Part shown: positions 46,927 through 56,100 of the stretch, in pieces | Layout of the letters: each line of letters begins with the position of its first letter | How positions within the stretch are numbered: the stretch's first letter is position 1 | Origin: an uncultured Actinomycetota bacterium | GTDB taxonomy: Bacteria > Actinomycetota > Actinomycetes > Propionibacteriales > Nocardioidaceae | Assembly (NCBI GenBank): GCA_963746185.1 | Contig: CAVVAE010000003.1 | Location: forward strand, 11,387 to 75,386 | Length of the DNA: 64,000 bases | Direction of reading: 5' to 3' | Notes under the pieces: model-generated | Database searches by the model: none | The model's input: the letters and a program-made list of their open reading frames with translations, nothing else | What the model was told of the DNA's origin: nothing | Translations under genes and position numbers: made by a program

Positions 46927-47331
46927 ATGGGGAACGGCCTCCTCGGTGCGTTCATCGCCATCGCCTTCGTCACGCTGATGCTCGGCGTGACAGTCGGTGG
47001 CGTGCTCTACCAGCACGAGATCGCGGCGTTCTTCCGGCGGTTCGCCGGCCGATTCTCGACGCCGCCTGAACCTCCAGCGGGTCTGCCCATTGAACGTATC
47101 GCCCGGGACGCCCGCCGCCTCAGGACCGAGCTGCTCGTCCCCGCTCCCGGAACCCCGATGGCCCGCCGGATAGCCGTGCAGCGGGCGTACGACGACCTGC
47201 TGGCTGACGCGTGCGAAGCGCTTGATGTCCCCGACACCCTGAGTGATCTTCCCCCGGGCACGGAGCGGGATGCCGAGCGGCTGCACGTGGAGCATGAGCT
47301 TGATGAGGCCGGCCTGCGCCTCACCGCGTGA
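46927..47331 (+). CDS. Hypothetical membrane-anchored protein
   Basis: N-terminal TM (LLGAFIAIAFVTLMLGVTVGGVL) followed by a charged helical region. Confidence 0.5.
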   Translation: MGNGLLGAFIAIAFVTLMLGVTVGGVLYQHEIAAFFRRFAGRFSTPPEPPAGLPIERIARDARRLRTELLVPAPGTPMARRIAVQRAYDDLLADACEALDVPDTLSDLPPGTERDAERLHVEHELDEAGLRLTA

Positions 47332-47362
47332 CCCGCGAAGAACGCAGGTCCTGAAGCTCCGG

Positions 47363-48256
47363 TCAGTTACGGGACTCGCATTGGAAGTCTCTGTCGCCCT
47401 CGCCCGAGTTGGCTGACACCTTGTCGCGGCCACTGCCGCACAGGAGGAAGTCCGCACCCGCATCGCCCCAGAGCTGGTCATCACCGTCGCCGGCCCAGAT
47501 CCGGTCTTCACCGCTTCCACCGTGCAGAGTGTCACGACCATCGACGGCGACGATGTCGTCGTTGCCCGCACCGCTGTGCACGAGGTCGTTGCCAATCCCG
47601 GACCTGATCCAGTCGTTGCCGCCGCCGCCCCAGACAACGTCACGACTGGAGAAGCCGTTGAAGAAGTCGGGACCCGCCCCGAAGCGGGCGACGTCGTGGC
47701 CCTTGTCGCCCAACACGGTCACGGCGAATGTGGCGGGCAGGGAAGAGGCGTCGGTGTAGTCGTTGCCGAGCCTCGGCCAGATCTCGACCAGCATCGGCCG
47801 GTTAACGGTTCTGCCTTCGCGTAGCCGACAGATAGCAGCGACGCCCACCCGCACCTTCTGCCGGTGGCAGGCGCGCGTCAGCTTCCTGAACGATTCTGTG
47901 CCGGTGTCGGCGAAGCGGAGCCGGCCGTCCACGAGAGTGACCACGAGGTGGCTGTTCTGCTGGCCGCTTTGGTAGCGATATCCGTGCTCGGTCTTGATGA
48001 GCCAGCCCTTGTCCTTCAGGCCGACGCCGACGCTGCCGGCACCCTTCAGCTCCGTCTCGAACTTGTACGGAGGCCCGGCATTGGTACCGGGGGGCGGGTT
48101 GTTCGTGCCATCAGCAGTTCCGACGCTCACGGCAGACATCACCGCTGCAACGAAAAATACAAGGGCCGAGACTACGGTGCGACGAAGCAAAACATCCTCC
48201 TGGAGTCGGCCCCTCGACTGCCGGGCGGCAAGGGTGGCCAGCAACGGTCTCGACAC
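47363..48256 (-). CDS. Secreted calcium-binding protein with hemolysin-type (RTX) nonapeptide repeats
   Basis: Signal-like VVSALVFFVAAVMSAVSVGTA. The C-terminus has seven GGxGxDxUx-like repeats (GGGGNDWIR, SGIGNDLVH, SGAGNDDIV, GGSGEDRIW, AGDGDDQLW, GDAGADFLL, CGSGRDKVS). Confidence 0.8.
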   Translation of the reverse strand: MSRPLLATLAARQSRGRLQEDVLLRRTVVSALVFFVAAVMSAVSVGTADGTNNPPPGTNAGPPYKFETELKGAGSVGVGLKDKGWLIKTEHGYRYQSGQQNSHLVVTLVDGRLRFADTGTESFRKLTRACHRQKVRVGVAAICRLREGRTVNRPMLVEIWPRLGNDYTDASSLPATFAVTVLGDKGHDVARFGAGPDFFNGFSSRDVVWGGGGNDWIRSGIGNDLVHSGAGNDDIVAVDGRDTLHGGSGEDRIWAGDGDDQLWGDAGADFLLCGSGRDKVSANSGEGDRDFQCESRN

Positions 48257-48377
48257 GAGTTCTGCGCGGTCAGCCCGTCCAGACCGAAAACGCTACCCGA
48301 GCAGCCGCCTCTCCGAGGCCGGTTTGCTGATTCTCAGTGATCTCACACTCACTGAGCGTTATCGTCATACCGCCACG

Positions 48378-49316
48378 TCAGGGCGCAGGTTCGAGCTCCG
48401 GGAAGGTCCAGGTGCCGTCGAGGATCTCGGGGCGTGGCCGGTACATGCGGATGGCGTAGTTCCATCCCTCTTGCAGTGGTAGCGGGTTCGGGTCGCTGTC
48501 GCCGCCGCCGAGGGTGACAGTGATGGAGCCGTCGGGATTCCTGGTTCCGGAGACGCTGTTGACGCTGTAGGCATCCAGGTCGTTCTTGTGGAGGAAGCCA
48601 TCCGCGCCGTAGACGGTGATGGACCAGAACGCGTCGACGGGGACGTCCTTGACCGTGATGGTGTACCGGCCGATCGGGAGGTGCGGCTCGACGCTGGCGT
48701 AGAACGCCTCACGCTCGGGCAGGCCGCCCCATCCGCTAGCGGTGCCGACCTGGTGCCGGTGCGGGTCAACCTCCTCCTTGGTCCCGAACATGCCGTGGGT
48801 ATCCAAGCCCTGTGCCGATTCAGCCAGCAGACCCTGGCGGATCGCGGTGAAGGACTCCTCGTCGTAGTCCGGCAGATCCAGCGGCTCGCTGGACACGGCG
48901 GTCAGTGAGAAGCCGTCTTGAATGACATGCACTAGCGCGACGTCATCGGGGTCGGTCGCGTCGACCAGGATCCGGGCGGCCAAGAGAACGTAGGGGGTGT
49001 CGAACTCCTCCATGGTCAGCGTGTAGTCACCTGGCTCGGTGAAGATTCGGTTGATGTAGTGGTCCTGGTTGACCACCATCACCGTCAGATACCGGCCTCC
49101 AGCGTCCGGGACCGTCACCGTCGCGGGCATGGAGATGTTGACCACGGCGACGCTGTACAGAGTGTCTCTGTTCGACCGGATCACGGTCTGGTTGTCGATC
49201 GACACAGGTTCCCGGTTGTGCTGCCACCGGTTCACCCCGCCCGCCTGCGCCTGGATCCCCACCAGCATCCGGTTCGTCTCGGCCCGCACGAAGTTGTCGC
49301 TCGTAACAGTGATCAT
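48378..49316 (-). CDS. DUF1254/DUF1214 two-domain protein
   Basis: DNFVRAETNRM..., VIRSNRDTLYSVAVVNI, PDAGGRYLTVMVVNQDHY, then the FWSITVY block typical of DUF1214 (from memory). Confidence 0.72.
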   Translation of the reverse strand: MITVTSDNFVRAETNRMLVGIQAQAGGVNRWQHNREPVSIDNQTVIRSNRDTLYSVAVVNISMPATVTVPDAGGRYLTVMVVNQDHYINRIFTEPGDYTLTMEEFDTPYVLLAARILVDATDPDDVALVHVIQDGFSLTAVSSEPLDLPDYDEESFTAIRQGLLAESAQGLDTHGMFGTKEEVDPHRHQVGTASGWGGLPEREAFYASVEPHLPIGRYTITVKDVPVDAFWSITVYGADGFLHKNDLDAYSVNSVSGTRNPDGSITVTLGGGDSDPNPLPLQEGWNYAIRMYRPRPEILDGTWTFPELEPAP

Positions 49317-49400
49317 GAGTGGCTGCCTCCCGGCGTTCGCAGAAACGTACTCGGCTCGCATCGTATCCAGGCTCGAAGCGCAGCCTCGGCCAAGGAGCCC

Positions 49401-49961
49401 TCAAGCCAGGGGCGGGTCGATGACTTTCGTGACAAACGTCAGTGAAGAGCTGCCCACGCGACCCGTCACCTCCCAGCAGCCTGAAGTCGGAAACATGACT
49501 GCCGTGGATTGAAAGCCGGCGCGGCCGTAGCCGCCGGGGACCCATGACCGGAGAGCCGCCGCGTCCGCGTCCAGTCGTCGACCGGTAACTCTGAGGTCGC
49601 CATTGACGCCTCGTGTCCACGGGAACTTGACCGCGATAGTGCCGTTCGGCCGGGCTCGCCCGTAGTAGGCCGGGCGGACGATGCCCCGTGGGTACAACTC
49701 GACCCAGAGCCGCCCGTTGCCATGGCTCAACGGACTCGTCTGGCCAGGCGGGTTGTTGCCATTCGACAGGGTGACGGGACAGTCGGTTGACGGTGTAGAC
49801 GGTGATGGCGCACGCGGACTCGGTGACCCATCCACACCGGTCGGACGCAGCGACGATCAGCTCGTGGCAGGGTCGGGCGTCGTCTCTCGGACCGGTTCAG
49901 CCGTGCATGAGGCGAGAAGCAAGGCGACGAACACACGACTCCGCGCATGCTTCCAGTACAG
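49401..49961 (-). pseudogene. Lipoprotein gene interrupted by an in-frame TGA
   Basis: In a single frame: ...HARSRVFVALLLASCTAEPVRETTPDPATS-TGA(49857-49859)-SSLRPTGVDGSPSPRAPSPS...GCWEVTG.... The lipobox is LLAS-C (Cys codon 49905-49907). No ATG is in frame upstream (CTG at 49959-61 or GTG at 49932-34 only); the nearest ATG (49946-49948) is in a different frame. Confidence 0.5.
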
Positions 49962-50137
49962 CGCGCCAGGGGTCGTGAATCCAGACCCACACCGGTACGT
50001 ACATCAGCAATCCAGCTCTCGGGCTCAGAATCCCTTACCCACAAGGGAAAACAGAGAAAACTGACGGCCCGACGGGAGAATGGAATCCCGCCGAGCCGCC
50101 AGCCCCACCACTTAGGCGGGCCTCACGGAGAGCGCAC

Positions 50138-53100
50138 TCATCTCGGCGACTGGGCGAACCCGACCGCGTTGAGGAAGAGCCGCTCGCCCGACGTCGTCCA
50201 GCCCATGTCGGGGCCGACAGCGCCAGTGACCGCCATCGATGCGAGCAGCACCTCGACATCGTTGTGGGTGACCCATCTGAACGTGGCGCCGTTGCCGACG
50301 CTCGATCCTCCGTTGTTCAAGGTCACGCGCTGAGTCGCAAGCCGCGGACCCTTGTAGGACTCGATCGTGGAGTAGTAGCTGCCCTCAGTCAGGATCGTCG
50401 CCGGGTTGGAGATGCCCGCGAACAGCGCGTGCCGCCGGTCCTGCTCGGTCAGCCGCACCGAGCCATCGCCGTACCCGTCGCTCCCGACCTTGACTCGATC
50501 GGTGAACTTCTCCAGCAGCCGGATGCCACCTTCGCTGCCCCACGTGCCGGTCCAGACCACGCCGGTATGGCTGGCGCGGGTGGCTGCTTCGAGAGAGTTG
50601 AACTCCGCCTGAGACACGGTGCCGCCGCCGCTCCCGTTGACCACCACGGCGTCGTACGCCGACAGGTCCATCTTGGTCGACCATGGCACCTTGCCGGCAG
50701 CGACGTCGTGCTCCCGAAGGAAGTCGACGACCTGTCCGTCGACGTCACCCACAACACCGACGTCGATCGACGTCAGTTCGACGTTGTGTGTCGTCTCCGG
50801 GCCGACGTAGTCGATCGTCGACTCGTCGGTCAGGTAGCCCTCAGCTGCCACCGCGATGGTGTACTCGCCGTCGAGCAGACCAGACTGCGAGTAGTGACCA
50901 CCCGCGTCAGTCATGGTGCGGAAGCCCTCGACACCTGAGCCGATCACCGTCGCCCCTTCGACTGGCTGCCCCCCGTCATCGACAACCGTGCCGCTCAGCA
51001 CGCCGCGCGCCAGTGGCTCGAGCGCGATGTCGGCCGTCACCTGTTCGGAGTCGGTCACGGTGACCTGCTGACTCGAGGGTTGGTAGCCCGTCGCTTCCAC
51101 CGTGACCGTGTAGGTGCCGTCGGGTACGCCGATGGCGTAGCCGCCTGCTTCATCCGTGACGTCAGACGCACCCAGCTCGGTGATTCTCACGTCAGCGCCG
51201 ACCACGGGATCGCCGCCCGACGTCACAGTGCCGTTGATCTCACCCCGGGTTGCAGTCGCGGCAAACGACACCGCATTGAGGTAGATCCTTTCGGCTGCGG
51301 CAGTCCACTCATCGCCGGGACGACCGTAGGTGCCGGCCGTGAGGCTTCCGAGCAGCACCTCGACGCTGTCGGTGGAGGTGTAGGCAACGCCCACCCCGCC
51401 TCCGAGCTTGCTGCCATCAGCGTCGTTGTGCAGGTCGGCAATCGTGGTACCGCTGTAACCACCGAAGGTGAGGTATTGCTGGTTGCCACCCTCTGGATCG
51501 TTGATGATCGTCACCGGCTCGCCCGCGTCGAAGCCGGCGAAGATCGGGTGTCCACTGACGGGGACATAAGAAACCGGACTCGGTACGAAGTCATAGTCGA
51601 CCGATGCCGGGTCGCCTCTGAGGTCATGGAGACTTCCGATTGCGTCGCCGCCCCACTGGCCGCCGAACAGCACGGATACGCCGTTGTCGGCCGCCGCGTT
51701 GAGCGTCGCGTTGAACTCGCCAAGGAAGGCGGAGCTGACCCCACGGTTGAAGACCACCACGTCGTACTCGTCGATCTGCTCCCGCAGCGTTGACAGCTCG
51801 GTGGGGGTGTAGTCGGTCACGGTGTAGCCGTCAGTCGCGAGCAGGCCTCGAACGCTGCCGAGGTAGTCACCGACGAGTGCCACCGGCACCGAGGGATCGA
51901 GCTCGAGATCAGCCGTCGCGGCTTCTCCCGCCACGATCGTGACCGGCACGCGGCCTGTCTGTAGCCCAGTCGCCGATGCGGAAACCCGGTAGTCCCCGGC
52001 AGGCACACCCTCGATCAGGAACGAGCCGTCGGCGGACGTGGTCGCCGCGAAGGCAGTTCCGTCGACCCGTACCGTCGCGCCCGAGACCGGAGCCGCGGAC
52101 TCGTCGGTCACGGTGCCCGAGACGTCGCCCGCAGGCAGTAGCGCAAGCGCGATGTCGCGACTCACCGACTCGCCGACTCCGACGGTCACTGAGACCTCGG
52201 ACGACGCATGGTTGGTCGCCTCCCCACGCAAGGTCCAGGTCCCGGCCGGAAGTCCGACGACATAGTCGCCATCTGCCGCGACGTCGTAGCGGCGGCCGGT
52301 CTCGACCACCGTCACGGTGCCGGCGACTGGCCCGGCCGCGCTGGTCAGCGCACCCTCGACCTGTCCACCTGCGGGCGGCGCATCGAGTGCGTAGCGGACG
52401 GCGTTGCGCAACAGCAGTTCAGCCTGCGGACTCCAGGCGTCGCCGACAACGTCGTCGTAGCCAGCGAAGCCGTACGTCGACATCGACAGCGTGCCGAGGA
52501 GCACGTCGACGCCTGCAGCGCCACGCGGCCGCTCACCGACGAGCCCGCCTCCGTCGAGCACGTCCGACGACACGGTCGCGAGAGTGTCGCCACTGAAGCC
52601 GTCGAACCATGAGTACTCCGAGCCGTCGTCGATCAGCTTGAACGTCGACGGAAGCCCAGCCATGATCGGGTGATCTGAGTCCTCGACCTGGACCGTGACG
52701 GCTCCGTCGGAGCGGTCCTCGTTGTTGCCAGTTGGGTCGCCGGTGTAGTCGGTCAGGTAGCGGAACGAGCCGCGCCCGAACTGGTCGAGCCACACCACCG
52801 AGATGCCGGCACGAAGCGCCGCCGAGTCAAAGGCCTGCAACCCTGCCCTGCCGGGGTCGAAGCCCGCGTTGTTCGCGTTGTTCGCAATGACGAGGTCCAG
52901 GTCAGCGATCGCTGCTGTGTCGGACCAGCTCAACGCCTGCGGCGTGTAGCCCCAGTGCGTCAGCCAGGCGGCGACCTTGCCCTGGTAGTCGTCAATCACG
53001 CCGACGCGTGCGGTGACTCGAAGGTTGACGTCGTACGACGTGGGAGCCCCAGCCGTCACGTTGACCGCGTCACGATCGCGTAGATAACCATCGTGGGTGA

Positions 53101-56100
53101 CATCGACCTGGTAGTTACTCGGCTCGACCCGAGGCAGCACGTAGGAGCCGTCGGACGCCGTCGTAGCCAGCCTCGGTGCACCAAGCAGGCGCACGGTGAC
53201 ACCGGCGACCGGCTGACCGTCAGACGTCACGACTCCGCTGAGGCTTCCATCGTCGGCCTTCGGGGTCAGTGCGACATCGGACGTGACTGCACCACCGTCG
53301 TCGATCGACACCTCGCGGGTCGTCTCGTCATAGCCGAAGCCTGCGTAACGAATGGTGTAGTCGCCTGGGGGCAGGCTGAGCGTGTAACTGCCGTCTGCCG
53401 CCGTAGGTGTGCGCTGCTCCGTGCCGTCGACCGACACAGTGCCACTGACTGGGGCACCCGCCTCGTCTGACACCGTGCCGGAGACCGAGCCCAGTGCTGG
53501 ATCGGCTGCGAAGAGCACCGAGTTGGCGTAGAGCCTGCGACCCTGCGCCGTCCAGTCCTCTGACGCTTTCAGCAAGATGTCCGATGTCATGCCGCCGAGG
53601 AGCAGATGGATGCTCGACGGCGTACGTGGTTGATACGTGATGCCGACACCATGGGAGCCGCCGAGCTCGGAGACCACATCGGCGACCGGGAAGCCGGTGT
53701 AGCCAGGGATGGCCGTCGAGTAGTTGTTGGCGGTGAGCACTGGCGGGTTGGCGGGGAGACCGTCGAAGATGGGATGGGACGCATCAGCTGCAGAGAAGCT
53801 GACCTCGCCCTCGTCGTCGAACTGCGCCCGTGGCTGGGACGGGTTGCCGTTGAACTGCCGGAGCAACCGCACTCCCCCGTCACTGGAGAAGTAGCCGTCA
53901 CCGAAAACGCCGCTGACGCCGTTGGCGTCCATCGCCGACTGCCAGCTGGCGAACTGCGCCACTGTCGGCGTAGTCGGGTCGTTGAACACCACCACGTCGA
54001 GGTCGGGGATGCGCGCCGTGGATGTCCACGTCAACTGTTCAGTCGTGAGGCCCCTGACCTGGAGCACGGTCGCGATCGTGTTCTGGTAGTCGCCCATGAT
54101 GCCGACGTGCGGCGCTGTATCAAGGGTGACATCGGCCGTAATTGTCTGGCCTCCGACGATGGTGACGTCCTGGCTGTAGGGCAGGAAGCCGGTGGCCGCG
54201 ACACTCAACGTGTAGTCCTCGGCAGGTAGGCCGCTGACTGTGTAGGTGCCGTCGGACGCCGTGGTGGCGTTGAACGTCGTCCCGTCGATCGTGACGGTTG
54301 CACCCGCCACCGGTTCGCCGTCCCCATCGCTCACTGTGCCGGTCACCGAGCCGAGCTCAGCCGGCGTCATCGTGACGTCGACGGTTTGCGTCTCGCCTCC
54401 CGTCACGGTGACGTCGCGCTCAACAGCGGCCGCTCCGGTCGCGCGGAATCGCAACGTGTAGGTGCCGGGGTCGAGGACCAGCTTGTAGCTGCCGTCGGAC
54501 GCAGTACTGGTGTGATAGCCGGTGCCGACGGCGGTGACGGTGGCCGCCGCCGGAGCGCCACCTTCGCCAGTCACGGTGCCGTGTACGACACCGTAGTCGG
54601 CATCGATCGCGTAGTCGACCGCGTTACCGATGAGCTGTTCGGTGATGGGAAGCCACTCAACGTCCGGCCGGCCCCAAGGGGCAGCCGCGAACGATGACAA
54701 CAGCACATGCACGCTGTCGGTCGAGCGCGGTTTGTAGGCGATGCCGGACCCGACCTCGCCCTTACCGTCCGTATGCAGGCTGGCCAGATTGACTCCGGAG
54801 TAGCCGTTGAACGCTGCCCACTCATTGTTCGCCGCCAGCACCGGTACGCGGCTGCCCACGGTCAACCCTTCGGTGAGTGGGTGCTCCTGGCCGGCGATCA
54901 GGGAGACTCGGCCGCTGCCCGTGGAGTCGGTAACGACACTCGCTGGGTCACCGGTCTGGTCGGAGAGGTTGAGGATGCTGCCGTAGCCGATGCTCCACTG
55001 ATCGAGCCAGATCACGCTGGTCCCAGCCGCGTCGGTGGCGTCGATGAACGGCTGGATCACTCCGGCCGCGGGTCGGTCCTCGGCCCCATTGGCGAGCACC
55101 ACGTCGTAGTAGTCGGGGTGCGCGGTGACTTCGGCGTACGACGTCGTGTCAGCCGGGTAGCCGAGGTCTTCGAGAACTCCGACCATGCGGCCCTGGTAGT
55201 CACCCATGACTGCGACCTGATAGCGGTCGAGCGTCACGGGCTGGTCAGTGGTCTGACCCGCCGTGACCGAGACTTCGGTGGTGTAAGGAACGAAGGCGTC
55301 CTTGTCGACGCGGAGCTGGTAACTTCCGGCCGCGATGGTTGCGAACGAGAAGGTGCCGTTCGCAGCTGTGGTGGCTGGGTCGAGCGGCGTACCTTCGAGC
55401 ACTACCTCGGCACCTTCGATGGGATTGCCGTCGCCATCGAGCACGGTGCCAGTGACGGAACCGGTGCCAACGGGCGTGAGGGCGAAGTCGGCCGACGTGA
55501 TTTGCCCGGCCGCGATCGTCACCTGCTGGCTCTCGTCAGAGAACCCGTAGGCGCTGGCCTGCAGCTGGTAACTGCCCGGTCGGTGGTCGAGCTGGTAGTC
55601 CCCAGTTGCGGGGTCCGTGGTCGTCAACGCACCTGTGTCGGTGATCGTGACGGTGGCGTCGAGAGGTCCGTCCGGACCCGTGACCGTGCCGGTAACTCCG
55701 CCCGTGGTGCGGTAGGCGTAGAGCATGCCGCTGGTGTCGCCGGTGACAAACGTGCCGTCGTCGTACGCACCGCTGCTCGTGACATTGGCGTCGACGTCGT
55801 CGACCCACACGCGCTTGCCGGTCACCGCGTCGAGCGCAAAGAGCACACTGTCGATCTGTGAGCCACCGATGACGTAGCCATCTCCGGTCGTCATCAACGA
55901 GGACGAGACCGGGCCAGTGTCCTGGTGGCGCCAGGCCACCGTGCCGGTGATCCGGTCATAGGCCACGACAGCGCCGTTGGCGTGCGTGCCGCTGATGACC
56001 AAGTCGCCGTAGATGGCTGGGCTGCTGCCTTGCGCGTCGCCATGCGTGCTGTTCTGCCACGCGATGGTGCCGTCGTCGGCGTTGACTGCGAGGAACGTGC

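Noticed and set aside
46774-47643. N-terminal 290-aa extension of the 655-aa ORF containing ychF.
   Set aside because: YchF begins with the G1 motif right after the GTG at 46773. The extension overlaps two other plausible genes and is low-complexity (A/T/S/R-rich).
49857-49859. The in-frame TGA in the lipoprotein gene might encode selenocysteine.
   Set aside because: The TGA lies in a low-complexity linker (PDPATS-x-SSLRP), not at a redox-active site. I see no obvious stem-loop immediately downstream and no sel genes in the window. A mutation or a sequencing error is more economical.
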